From assembly GCF_009914755.1 (NCBI RefSeq), contig NC_060926.1: a DNA stretch of 64,000 nucleotides, one strand, 5' to 3'. This document shows, piece by piece, positions 29,741 to 51,392 of the stretch. The number at the start of each line of letters is the position of its first letter. Position 1 is the first letter of the stretch. This stretch comes from the human T2T-CHM13v2.0 reference genome, Homo sapiens. The notes beneath the pieces are model-generated. The model saw only the letters and a list, made by a program, of their open reading frames with translations, had not been told where the DNA came from and did no database searches. A program made the translations under genes and the position numbers.

Positions 29741-31524
29741 CCCACAACACACACACAAACACACCCAACACACACACACACCAACACACACACCCCCAGC
29801 ACACACACACCCCCAACACATGCACACCCCCAACACACGCACACCCCCAACACACACACACAACACACACACACCCAACACACACCCCCAACACACACAC
29901 CCCAACACACACACATACCCAACACACACACTGAACACACACACAACACATACCCAACACACACACAACTCCAACACACACATACACATACCCAACACGC
30001 AACACACATGCACACCCCCAATACACACTCAACACACCCAACACAACACACCCAATACACACAACACACACCCAACACACACACACGCCCAACACATATA
30101 CCCAACACACATCCCAACACATACACAACATACACACACACCCAACACAAACACACCCCCAACACACACACACCCCCAACAAACACACCCAACACACACC
30201 CCGAACACACACCCAACACACACACCCCAAACACACCCCCAACACACACACAAACACACCCAACACACACACACCCAACACACACCCCCAACACACACAC
30301 CCCACCACAACGCGCACACCCAACACACACACCCAACACACACCCCCAACACACACACACCCAACACACACACACCCAACACACACCCCCAACACACACC
30401 CCCAACACACACACCCCAACACACACACACACCCAACACACACAAACACACCCAACACACACACCCCCAACACACACACCCAACATACACACTGAACACA
30501 CACACACACCCAACACACACCCAACACATGCACACATACCCAACACACGCACACACACCCAACACACGCACACACCCAACACACACACTGAACACACACA
30601 TATACCCCCAACACACACACATCCAACACACACCCCCAATACACACACTGAACACACACACCCAACACACACACTGAACACACACATACACACCCAACAC
30701 ACACCCAACAGACACCCAACACACACGCTGAACACACACACCCAACACACAGAAACCCCCAACACATACCCAACACACACACTGAACACACACCCAACAC
30801 ACACACACCCAACACACACGCTGAACACACACACCCAACACACAGAAACCCCCAACACACACCCAACACATGCACACATACCCAACACACACACAACTCC
30901 AACACACATACACATACCCAACACGCAACACACACATGCACACCCCCAATACACACTCAACACACCCAACACAACACACCCAATACACACAACACACACC
31001 CAACACACACAACACCAACACACACACCCCAACACACACATATACCCAACACACACACCTGACATATACACACACCCAACACACACACAAACATACACAA
31101 CACACACATATACACCCCCAATACACACAACACACGCCCAACACACAAATACACAGCCCCAATACACACATGCCCAACACACACATATACCCAACACACA
31201 TCCCAATACATACATAATGTACATACGCAACACCCAACACACACCCCAACACATACAACATACACATACCCAACACACACGAAACACACACAAAACACAC
31301 ACACACCAACACACAACACGTAGATACCTCAACACACACAACACACATACCCAACACACAACACGTAGACACCTCAACACACACACAACACACATACCCA
31401 ACACACACACTAATACACTAATACACACAACACCCCACACCAACACACAAACATACACAACACATACACGTACACACACCCCAACACACAAACCCCAACA
31501 CACACATCCAACACACACACACAC
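29741..31524. repeat. ~1.8-kb CA-rich cryptic simple repeat (CCCAACACACACA-type units)
   Basis: Almost exclusively C/A on +, degenerate ~12-16-nt units anchored on CCCAA. Confidence 0.97.
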
Positions 31525-31860
31525 AACTGGATATCCACATGCAAAAGAATGAAGTTAGACCCAATCAACTAAAAACGGATCATGAATTTGAATGTAAGCG
31601 CTAAAACTATAAAATAGCTTATTAGATATGACAAATGCACAAGAGACAAAATTTAAAAATAGATTAATTCAAATTCACCAAATTGAAAACTTGTATGCTT
31701 CAAAGGACACCATCAAGAAAGTGAAAATGCAACCTACCAAATGGGAGAAAGTATCTGCAAATCATCTGTCTGATAAGGGACTTGTATCCAAGATATATAT
31801 TTTAAAAAGTTCTTACAATGCAATAATAAAAATATAAATAACCCAATTTAAAAATGGGCA
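31524..31860 (+). mobile_element. L1M ORF2/3' fragment (continuation of 29490-29661)
   Basis: CAACTGGATATCCACATGCAAAAGAATGAAG..TCTGATAAGGGACTTGTATCCA typical of L1. Confidence 0.85.
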
Positions 31861-34545
<2,685 letters not shown>

Positions 34546-34674
34546 TAAATCAAAAGAAGGGAGGGGCCTCACCCCACTTCCTCCCACAGTCCTGAACTGT
34601 GACTGAGGGCAAGGCTCTGAGGTGAGAAAGTCCACTCAACCCTTGTTTCCTCCAGAAACCTTTCCCAGTTAATT

Positions 34675-35190
34675 TTTATTTTTTTCCAGCTTTATTCAGG
34701 TACAATTCAAAATTTAAAACTGTATGTACTTAGGGCATGCAACATGATGATTTGATGCACATACGTACTTTAAAATGATTACCACAATTGAGCTAACATG
34801 TTCCTCACCTCACAGAGTTACGTTTGTGTGTGTGTGTGCGTGTGTGTGTGTGTGCGTGGTTAGGATACAAGATCTCTCTTAGCCAATATCAAGTGTACGA
34901 GACGTGATTATTCATCTTATAGCTGACAGTTTGTACCCTTCTACCAACGTTTCCCTGTTTATCCTACCTCCCAGGACCTGGTGACTACCCCTTCTGTTCC
35001 TTGTTGCCGTGAGTTCACCCTTTTTGCTTTCCGTAATAAGTGAAATAATGCAGTATTTGTCTGTTGATGCCTGGCTTGTTTCACTGGGCACAGTGTCCTC
35101 CAGTTTCATCCATGTTGTCTGTCACAAATGACAGGATCATTTCCTTCTTTTTGAAGACTGAATAATATTTGTGTGTGTGTGTATCACATT
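34675..35190 (-). mobile_element. L1MA-type 3' end fragment containing a (TG)n tract
   Basis: TGAAATAATGCAGTATTTGTCT..CCTGGCTTGTTTCACT..CCTCCAGTTTCATCCATGTTGT. Confidence 0.8.
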
Positions 35191-35751
35191 TTTTGGTTGG
35201 TTGGCTTGTTTAAAACAGGGTCTTGCTCTGTGGCTCCGGCTGAAGTACAGCGGCATGATCCTAGCTCACTGCAGCTGCAACCTCCAATGCTCAAGCAATC
35301 CTCCCACCTCAGCCTCCTGAGCAGCTGGGACCACGGTGCCACCCACGCCCCACTAATTTTTACATTTTTTGTAGGGATGGGGTCTCCCTATGTTGCTGAT
35401 CGTCCCACCTCGGCCCCCCACTTCCTCCCGTCGGTCCTGTACTGTGACTGAAGGAAAGGCACGGAGGTGAGAAAGCCCACTCAACTCTTGTTTTCTCCAG
35501 AAACCTTTCCCAGTTAATCGGGAAAGTGCTGAGATTACAAGCATGAGCCACCAGGCCTAGCCTCTTCTGTGATTCTAAACAATTTTAGGATTTTTTTTCT
35601 ATTTCGTTGAAGAATGTCATTGGAATTTGGAGAGGAATTGCATGGAATCTATAGATCAATAGTATGAATTATTTCCTTTTTACTATTATTTTCAACTTCT
35701 TTTGAGAAGATAATATATGTAGATGTTATAATAGTTAAAAAGTAAGAGAAA

Positions 35752-36179
<428 letters not shown>

Positions 36180-36839
36180 CTACGTGTGTATTCTTCTATT
36201 TTTATACAAATGGTAGCCGGCTGTGCCCTTCCCTCTGCACCACAACATAGACCTAACTTCCCACAACAGAACAATAGACATCTATAGGATTCTATTCTAA
36301 ACAAATTAGCACTCAGCCATAATGGAACGTGTCCCTGTGGATGAATATTTAGGGGTCTCCTGACCTTTGCTGTTACCACGAACCCTGAAGTGGCCTCCCC
36401 TATGAGAGCATACAGGCACGATTCCTAGAAGGAGAGTTGCTGAGTCAACAGGGACAAGTGTTGAAAATGCTGACACAGGAGACTGCCCTCCATGGGGCTG
36501 CACCCTTCTGACACTTCTCCCCACCCCTGGGGTAAGTAACAAACAGCTCAGATTCACTCGCAGGTTGTAAGTGATTCCGCCTTTCAACTCATTTTGTCCA
36601 CCCCACACCCTGGGAGAAGGGTCTATGATTGTCCCCATTACAGCTGAGGGAGGCTAGCAGCAGCTCAAGGCCACGTTTGTGAAGGTGAGGGGCTAGGGTT
36701 GGAACCCAGGAAGCCTGGCTGCAGTGTCCACACGACTGCCTCCTGCTGCTTTTCCATTAACAAACTTTTTTATCCTTGCTAATCTGATATATTTTTTAAA
36801 AATAGTTCTCATTGTGGCTTAAAAAAATCATTTAATCCA

Positions 36840-37577
<738 letters not shown>

Positions 37578-37742
37578 CTATTAAAAATTAACAAGAGGGT
37601 TTCAATTCCAGGTAAGATGGAGTAAGCAAGTTCCACCTGCCTCTCCTGTGGAATGCAGCTATAAAATCTGGACGCAACTAATGGAGCAGATACTTGAGGT
37701 TTCTGAGCAGGAAATAGCAGCAGGTGGATTAGGAAAGACCAG

Positions 37743-38108
37743 TGATATGGTTTGGCTGTGTCCCCACCCAAATCTCATCTTGAATTGTAGCTCCCATAAT
37801 TCCCACGTGTTGTGGGAGGGACCTGGTGGGAGATAATTGAATCACGGGGGCGGTTCCTCCCATACTGTTCTCATGGTAACTAGTAAGTCTCACGAGATCT
37901 AACGGTTTTATAAAAGGGGGAAACCACTTTTGCTTGGTTCTCATTTTCTCTCTTGCCTGTCACCATGTAAGACATGTCTTTGCCTTCTGCCACGATTGTG
38001 AGGCCTCCCCAGCCATGTGGAACTGTGAGTCCATTAAACCTCTTTTTCTTTATAAATTACCCAGTCTCAGATATGTCTTTATCAGCAGTGTGAAAATGGA
38101 CTAATACA
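37743..38108 (+). mobile_element. THE1-family solo LTR (ERVL-MaLR)
   Basis: TGATATGGTTTGGCTGTGTCCCCACCCAAATCTCATCTTGAATTGTAG...GGACTAATACA; perfect 5-bp TSD ACCAG. Confidence 0.93.
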
Positions 38109-38194
38109 ACCAGAATTCAAAGTACCACTGAATGGCTATGAGTTACCCATTGGTTGTCCCCAGATGTCTCTCGGTCTGGACAAGCTATGACAAG

Positions 38195-39250
38195 ACATAG
38201 ACAAGCTGATTCTAAAATGCATATGGAAAAGCAAAGACACTATAATACTCTAAACAATTTTCAAACAGAAAAATAAAGTTAAATCATACTCCCCACTTTT
38301 AAGCCTTCCTATAAGCAGTGTAGTTTGGGTAAAGGGATATATACACAGGTCATTTGAACAATAGGATCCAGCAGTAGGCCACACACATACAGCTAACTGA
38401 TTTCTGACAAGGTGCAAAAACAAGTCAACAGAGAGAAGAATAGTCTTTTCAATGAAGGGCGCTGGAACAATTGGACATTCATATACCAAAAAAAGAGGTA
38501 ATCTCAACTTAAACCACAAGCTTTATACAAAAATTGATATAAATGGGTCATAGGTCTAAATGTAAAAAATATAACATTATAAAATTTTTAGGTGAAAATA
38601 TCTAAAATCCTTGTGACCTGGGAAAAGAGTTCTTAGATATAATACCAAAGCACAATCCATAGAACCAAAACCATGCTAAAGCTATAAAACTCCCAGAAGA
38701 AAACATCAGAAAAAAATCTTTGTGATCTTGGATTTGGTGATGGTTTCTGAAATGTGACACCAAAAGGACAAGCAGCAAAAGAAAAATTAAATTGAACTGC
38801 ATCAAAATTAAAACTTGTGTACATCAAAGGACACTCTCAAGAGAGTGAAAAGAGAATCCGTGGAAGAAAATGCTTGCAAATTATATATCTGATAAGAGTT
38901 TAATATCCAGAATATATAAGGAACTCCTACAACTCAGCAACATCAAACAACTCAATTGAAGAATAGACAACTTTAATAGACATTTTCCCAAAGAAAACAT
39001 ACAAATGGCCAAGAAGCACACAAAAAGATGCCCGCCATCACTAATCATTAGGGAAACAGATCAAAATCCCACTGAGATACCACTTTACACCCATCAGGAT
39101 GGTTACTATCAAAGAAACATAAAATAACCAGTGTTGGCACAGCTGTGGGAAAATTGGAACCTGTGCACTGTTGGTTTGTAAAATGGTATAGCTGCTGTGG
39201 AAAACAGAATGGTGGTTCCTCAAAAAACTAAAAACAGAATTCCCATACAT
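38195..39250 (+). mobile_element. L1M ORF2/3' UTR fragments (continuing 40660-40735 and 41696-42170)
   Basis: A-rich L1 motifs, e.g. CAAATGGCCAAGAAGCAC..AAAAGATG..CATCACTAATCATTAGGGAAA. Confidence 0.85.
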
Positions 39251-39293
39251 CATAGCTCACTGTGTGTTGCTATAGCAGAATACCTAAGACAGG

Positions 39294-40301
39294 TGTTGCG
39301 GGAATTCAGGGACCCTGAACGGAGGGACCAGCTGGAGCTGCGATAGAGGAACATAAATTGTGAAGATTTCATGGACATTTATCACTTCCCAAATAATACT
39401 CTTATAATTTCTTACACCTGTCTTACTTTAATCTCTTAATCCTGTTATCTTCGTAAACTGGGAAAGTACGTCACCTCAGGACCCTGTGATAATTGTGTTA
39501 ACTGTACAAATTGATTGTAAAATGTGTGTTTGAACAATATGAAATCAGTGCACCTTGAAAAAACAGAATAACAGCGATTTTAGGGAACAAGGGAAGACAA
39601 CCATAAGGCCTGACTGCCTGCGGGGTCGGGCAAAAAGAGCCATATTTTTCTTCTTGCAGACAGCCTATAAACGGATGTGCAAGTAGGGAAGATATCGCTA
39701 AATTCTTTTCCTAGCAAGGAATATTGATATTAATACTCTGGGAAAAGAATTGCATTCCTGGGGGGAGGTCTATAAACGGCCGCTCTGAGAATGTCTGTCC
39801 TATGCGGTTGAGATAAGGACTGAGATACGCCCTGGTCTCCTGCAGTACCCTCAGGTTTACTAGGGTAGAGAAAAACCCCACCCTGGTAAATTTGAGGTCT
39901 GACCGGTTCTCTGCTCTCGAACCCTGTTTTCTGTTGTTTAAGACGTTTATCAAGATAATACGTGCACCGCTGAACATGGACCCTTATCAGTAGTTCTGTT
40001 TTGCCTTGTCCCGTTTCCTCAGAAGCATGCGATCTTTGTTCTGCCTTTTGCCCTTTGAAGCATGTGATCTTTGTTCCTACTCCCTGTTCATACCCCCCCG
40101 CCCCGCCTTTTGAAATCCTTAATAAAACCTGCTGGTTTTGTGGCTCAGGCAGGCATCACGGTCCTACCGATATGTGATGTCACCCCCGGCGGCCCAGCTG
40201 TAAAATTCCTCTCTTCGTACTCTTTCTCTATTTCTCAGACCAGCCGACACTTATGGAAAATAGAACCTACGTTGAAATATTGGGAGCGGGTTCCCCTGAT
40301 A
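39294..40301 (+). mobile_element. MER11 (HERV-K/HML-8) solo LTR
   Basis: TGTTGCGGGAATTCAGGGACCCTGAACGGAGGGACC..GAACATAAATTGTGAAGATTTCATGG; TATAAA, AATAAA and GGGTTCCCCTGATA end. Confidence 0.9.
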
Positions 40302-40660
40302 ACTGGGTAATTGATAAGCAATAGATGTTTATTTGACTCATGGTTCTGGAGGCTGAGAGGTCCAAGGGCAGGGCACCAGCATCTGGTGAGGGCCTTCCTG
40401 CGTCGTCTGTAGTGGAAGGTGGAAGGGCAAGAGAGAGAGACAGCGAAAGGGCACGAGAGCAAGAGGGGCCGTATTCACTTATAACAAAGCCACTTGTGAG
40501 CTAACTGACACACTCACGCGATAACAGCATGAAACCATTCATGGTGGCAGAGTCCTCGTGCCCTAAATGGCTCTTACTAGGCCCCACCTCCCGACACCAC
40601 TGCATTTTGAGGATTAGGTTTTCAACACATGAACTTTGCTGCACACATTCAAACCGTAGC
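40302..40660 (-). mobile_element. MST-family MaLR LTR (split by MER11; other part ~39252-39293)
   Basis: TTGCTATAGCAGAATACCTAAGAC|ACTGGGTAATT..TCATGGTTCTGGAGGCTG..ACACATTCAAACCGTAGC. Confidence 0.8.
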
Positions 40661-40711
40661 CCTGTATGATCCAGGAATCCCACTTCTGGGCATATACTCC
40701 CCACAAATTAA

Positions 40712-41692
<981 letters not shown>

Positions 41693-42138
41693 CCTTTAAA
41701 GAGATATTTGTATTCCATGTTCATAGCAGCATTATGCGCAATAGCCAAGAGGTGGGGAAAAACCCGAAGTCCATCAACGAATGGATATATAAAATGTGGC
41801 CTATCCATGCACTGGAATATTATTAGCCTTAAAAGGACAGAATTCCTGACCACAACATGGATAAACCGAAAGGACTTTATGCTCAGTGAAATAAGCCAGT
41901 CACAAAGGGACAAATGCTGCATGATTGATTCCTTTTATATGAGGAAATCTAGTCAAATTCATAGAAACAAAAAGCAGAAAGGTGGTTGCGAGGGGCTGGG
42001 AGGGGGCTGGGAAGCTGTTCTTTAATGGATAAAGGGTTTCAGTTCTGAAAGATGAAAAGACTTCTGGAGACTGGTTGCGCAACAATGTAAACATAACGCC
42101 ATTGAACTGTACAAAAATGGTTAAGATGGTAACATTTA

Positions 42139-44213
<2,075 letters not shown>

Positions 44214-44265
44214 TTAGAATGGCTAAAATTTAACAAACCACTGATAATACCAAGTGTTGACAAGT

Positions 44266-44765
44266 ATATAAGTCAGGGTTCTCCATAGAAACTGACCAAC
44301 AGGAGATATATCTGTATCTATCTATGTATCTGTCTCTCTGTATCTATATCTATATGGGGTGGAGACAGAGAGAGAGAGAGATTTATTATAGGAATTGACT
44401 CATCCAAACGGAGGCTGAGAAGTCCCACAGTGTTGTCTGCAAGCTGGCACACCAGGAAAGCCAGCAGTCTGACCCAGTCCAGGTCCGAAGGCCCAGGAAC
44501 CGGTGGGCTGATGCTGCGGGCAGGAGAAGATGGAGGTCCCAGCTCGGAGAGAAAATTCACCCTCCCTTGCCTTTTTGTTCTACCCGAGCCCTGAGTGGAT
44601 TGGATGCTGGCTGCCTGCATGGTGAGGGCAGATCCAGTTTACTAAGTAGGAGGCTCAAATGCTCATCTCCTCCAGAAACCCCTTCACAGACACCCTCAGA
44701 AACAGTGTCTCCCCAGCATCCAGGCATCCCTCAGCCCAGTCGAGCTGACGTAAAATTAACCATCA
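44266..44765. mobile_element. MLT2 (ERVL) LTR
   Basis: AGTCAGGGTTCTCCATAGAAAC..AGGAATTGACTCA..GGAGGCTGAGAAGTCCCA..AAAATTAACCATCA. Confidence 0.85.
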
Positions 44766-45642
44766 AAGAGAAAGGTGACCCATGTCCTAGTTTGTCCAGG
44801 AGTTTCCTGATTTTTGCATGGAAAGTCTCAAATCCCAGGAAACTCCTCAGACCCGGACAAAGTGCAGTGATTGGTCACTCTGGGCGAGCACGGGCAGCAT
44901 CTGGAGCTCACACGTTGGGACGGTGGCCATGCGAGATAGTGTGGCCACTCTGGACAACAGCCAGGCAGTTACCTACAAACTGAATATTGAGCATTCTCAC
45001 TACCAGGTGTTTATCCTGGAGAAACGGAAACCTGTCCTCACACGAAAACCCATACATAAATGTCTAGAGCATGACTGCTTGTGACAGCCAGAACCTGGAA
45101 ATGACACAGACGTCCTTCAAGATCTGATCAAGTGAGCAGCGGCCAGGCTGCGGGGCACGCATGCAGCAGATCACGCTCCCGAGTGGAAAGGGTGAGCCTT
45201 GGAGGCACGTTGGAGAGAAAGAAGCCAGCCTCAAACATTACATACTGTAGGATTCCATTTACTTATTATTATGTATGATTAGTTTTTTGAGACAGGGTCT
45301 CACTGTGTTGCCCAGGCTGATCTCCAGCTCCTGGACTGGAGTGATCCTCCCGCCTCAGCCTCCAGAGTGGCTGGGATTACAGGCTCTAGCCACCACATCT
45401 GGCTATGATTCCATTTGTCCAATGTTGTCAAAAGGACACAAGCCATGGAGAAGTAACCGGCGGCTTCCAGGGGTCGGGAAGCCTGGTCCTGCAGAGGAGC
45501 GCCATGAGGGGCTTTCTGGGGTGATGGGATCACGCTGCGTGTGGATGGTGTGTGCAGAGGGGAGCATCGCACAAACCCATACAGGCAGGAACATTGCTAG
45601 AACTCCACACTAAAAAAGTCCATTCTGCTGTATGTTAATTTT

Positions 45643-45939
45643 GTTTTATTTTATTTATTTTTGAGACGGAGTCTCACTCTGAAGCCCAGGATGGAGCACA
45701 GTGGCATGCTCTTGGCTCACTGCAGCCTCCATCTCCCAGGTTCAAGCAGTTCTGCCTCAGCCTCCCGAGTAGCTGGGATTACAGGCATGCACCATCATAC
45801 TCGCTAATTTTTATATTTTTAGTAGAGATGGGGTCTCACCATGTTGGCCAGGCTGATCTCAAACTCCTGACCTCAAATGATGCGCCCTCCTCAGCCTTCC
45901 AAAATGCTGGGATTACAGGCGTGAGCCACCATGCCCGGC
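45643..45939 (-). mobile_element. AluS element
   Basis: TSD CTGTATGTTAATTTT. Confidence 0.93.
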
Positions 45940-46833
45940 CCTGTATGTTAATTTTTAAATGAAAGCTTTTAAATTAATAATTCCTAAATGTCATCCCATA
46001 TGGAGTCAGTGTCCAGATTTCCTATCTGTACATAGGATTTCCCAAGAGCAACTGCATACCATTGGTTCACACTTCCATCCCTCCACACCTGTTTCCTTGT
46101 CTCTTAACTCTCTTTTTGCCCCTGCAACGGAGCAGCGGAGGATATCGAGCCTCCAGTCTGTGGAGGCCACAAACTGGCCTTTGGACCCGGTGCCACCTCC
46201 CTGTTCCTCAGCGCCCTTCTCCTGCGCTTGGCAGTAGGTGGCAAGGCTCGTGGGCTTCTTGGCTTCTGTGGGAAGCCCACCTCCTCTCCCGCAAGCCCAG
46301 GTGGTCTTTATCAGACTGCACACTCCCTCAAGTTGGGGTACAGTGGTGTGATGGTGGCACATCTTCCTGGAAAGTCCCATACCCCAGGGTGTCTAAGGAC
46401 ACCCCACCAGGCCCCCAGCCCCGTCTCCTGCAGAAGCTGCAGCTTGGCCTTGGGGAGGGGCTGGAGGAGGGCAAAGCCCCCAGGATGGGTGAGCACCACC
46501 CTCCAACCAGGGGCCACGGAAACGGAGGGAAGAGATGTGGAGACAACAAGCAGGGCTGCCTCGCCCGGGGGAGCTGAGGGCCCAGAGCCAGCTGACCCAC
46601 CACGCCAAAGCAAGTTCAGCCTCAGTCCCACCGGAGTGCCACGACTGGGCAAGCCACCCCTCCAGTACAAACCCCCAAGTCAGAGGGGCACGGCCGCAGG
46701 GTGGCAGCAGCTCTGTCACTGCCCTGGGCTGCACATTTGGCTGTAGGCCTCACGGATGAGGACCTTGCCCTTTTGCAGACCTCCAGGTGTGACTCCAGCC
46801 AGGGCCCCGTGACGGAGCCTCCAATGGGTCCCA

Positions 46834-46931
46834 CCGGTCCGTCCGCTCAGCAGCTGCTTCTGGAAGGCCATCATCAGCTCCGCCGGTCCGTCCGTTCGGC
46901 AGCTGCTTCTGGAAGGCCACCATCAGCTCCC
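46834..46931. repeat. 49-bp tandem duplication (2 copies)
   Basis: CCGGTCCGTCCGYTCRGCAGCTGCTTCTGGAAGGCCAYCATCAGCTCC x2. Confidence 0.9.
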
Positions 46932-47488
46932 CAGCCCCTTCACTCACTGTCCCTTGAGGGGTTCCAGGAGGCCATGGCTGAGAGGTGCTGCAGCCAGGAG
47001 TGCAGACCCCATCGCAGGGAGGACAGATCACTCCCCCACGACACAAGGAAGGCCACCCCGAGGTGTGGGGGCAGGCCTGGGGGTCTCACTTCTGGGACTA
47101 CGACCATGCTCTTCCTCCAGGTCGCCCACCTTCCTCCTTAGCACAGGGCCCCAGGTCACAGAATGACTCAGGCCTGGGAGCTGGGTGAGGGCGAGGACTT
47201 CCCCAGGGCTGCTCCAGACCTGGGTTTTCTCAGCCCACTGCCCTCACCAATTGTTAACCTTAGTGGCTGCCCTTTGTGTGGTCCAGCGGATCCCACAACC
47301 ACCGGAAGGCACCAGGGATCTCTGCAGGCCCCCCCCCAGCCCCTGCCACCTCTCCCTCTTGCTGCCAGTCAGGGAGTAGCTACTCAATGCACCTGCTTCA
47401 TCAAGGTATCCATGCCAGCTGCAGGGTGCCCCTGTGCACCTTCTGTCCTTAAGAGCTGGCCCAGGGTGGCATCCCCCCACCAGAGTAA

Positions 47489-47801
<313 letters not shown>

Positions 47802-49354
47802 CCCACCAGAGTATTTCTAAGCCCCTTGGGAAGGGAGGGTCTTTGGGTCCCTCTGGGGGCCTAGGTAGAGTAGGGTGCAGTGTTATCTGCTATAATATGC
47901 TTGTCTCTCTCAGTCTTTGCATTCCTTTTCTGCATCATGCCATATGGCATTTTAGCCATTTTGACCTCATTTAGAATGTGCCACCTTTGGATCCAGGTGC
48001 CAGCAGCAACGGGGCAGATGATGGGAATCCCTCCCCAGCACCCGGCCAAGAGTCCCGGCCCACCCAATGTCAACTTCTATTCTTTAATCTCAGCCCCAAA
48101 TGACTGTGAATTCACAGGGCATTCTTCTAGCTCCAACTACATCAATGAGGGATAAACTAGAAAGAAGACATGGCTGGACTCTGGTATAGAAACGGATGAG
48201 GAACTCAAAGCAGTGGGCTGGGATTGCTGTGCTCTGTGTCTGGAAGCAGGCGACAGTGGCCTGGCGTCCAGCCTCAGCCGGCGGGGACCAATGTCCCACA
48301 GGAGGACGGGGTTCAAGCCCCACTGCAGAGATGAGGCTGAAAAGCCAAGCAATGAATGAAGGTATTAAGTCAGAGCCAGCAGGAACTGGAATTGAAATTG
48401 CTTCAGTCTTGGTGAGCTCAGTGGTAGGACTTGCTCCCTGGACAGGGCCAGACGGGACCAGGTGGACACTCCCTGGTGGGGTCTGCAGGGTAGAATGAGG
48501 GGTAGGGCCCCGGGAAAGGTGGCAGGAGCCAACGGGTGCAGCCCCAGAGGTTCTGAGTGGGCGTCTCTCAGTGCGCAGACTGAGACCCCAGGGACGCTGG
48601 GACCAGACGCAGGTGAGCTGGTGCGGGTCGGGGCTGCTTGCCACCCACAGTGTACTGCTGTGAACTTCACTCTGCCCCGCTGCATCCTGAGTCGACCCAT
48701 CCCCCTCCAGACAGTGCTCTCAGGCCACCTCGGGTCGGTCAAGCCCATCAGCCTGGACTGGCTTTAAATGGCAGGGTCCTGACCTTGCTTCACCCAGGGA
48801 GGGTCACTGACCTCAGGATGGAACAAGAAGCACTTCTGGGCCCCTCTCTTCCTCTGCGGAAGTGGCCACAGCTGGGAGACTGACCCAAATCTGAGGCCTG
48901 TGCCTGGGTAACTGGCTTGGAGAATCACCATTAGCCCGGGCACCAGGAGGCCCAGGGTGGCTTACAGACAGTCTCATCTCACTCCAGGACAGACGCCCAG
49001 AGACTGCTGGGGGGCACTTCCTGAGATATTCACAGAGGGCCTATGACAGCAACTGGGTCCCCCAACCTTGGACAATTCCAGAGAAAATGTGGCCACACGT
49101 AGATCAGGCAGGCACTGGAAAAGGCACTGGGTTGAGAGTTTGGGGTGACAGTTTTGGAGGTGCGGAGGCTGCTGTTGTCTGCATCCCAAGGTCGTGGGGT
49201 TCAGACTGCAAAAGGGAACCCAAGAAACACTGTAGGAGCTGCAGGGCCTCGAGATGTGCTGGAGCCAATTCCCGGGGGTCTCGGGAGCCCAGCCTTAAAT
49301 TTACAGGAATTCTGAGCTGGTTGTTAAAACACAGTCATTATTAAAAATTAATTA

Positions 49355-49705
<351 letters not shown>

Positions 49706-50103
49706 ACAAACATGGATAATAAATACTGGAAACTCATCACTTCCTAATTATTTTACTACATTTTTCTACTCTTGTTGTGTTTTACTCTAGTTTGGTCTAG
49801 GGTTGCTCTCTCTGGAGAGTGGACATAAAATCTAGCTCCGGGGGAGCTGGTGGTGGTGGGTGGGCACAGTGAGCTTTCAGGGACACTTCTTTATCCTGGC
49901 AGACGGCTTAATGCCTGGGGGCCTGACCTGTGACCAGGGGCTTGTTTACACCAGCAGGTGCCCTTGTGGCTCTGGTCTGACCTGTGTTGGGTTTATTCCT
50001 GCTAAGTGGTCCACTCTCTAGGAGAGCCCTAACTGGGAAAGAAGTTAGGTTCAGGTGTGTCAGTCAGGGGAGACACAGAGGAGCTGGCCCCACTAACACG
50101 TGA

Positions 50104-51311
<1,208 letters not shown>

Positions 51312-51392
51312 TTAAAGCGAGTGGCCAAGTTTCATGAACTGTCGGAGCCTGTCCTGCTTCAGATACGAGAAAGTTGAACTCATGCCGAGAGG

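Noticed and set aside
29585-31552. Very long ORFs (362-596 aa) on both strands
   Set aside because: Artefacts of a stop-poor CA/TG repeat; translations are H/T/P or C/V/G low complexity
46006-46380. 124-aa minus-strand ORF in unique sequence, possible processed pseudogene
   Set aside because: No recognisable homology, poly(A) tail or TSD; cannot be supported without a search
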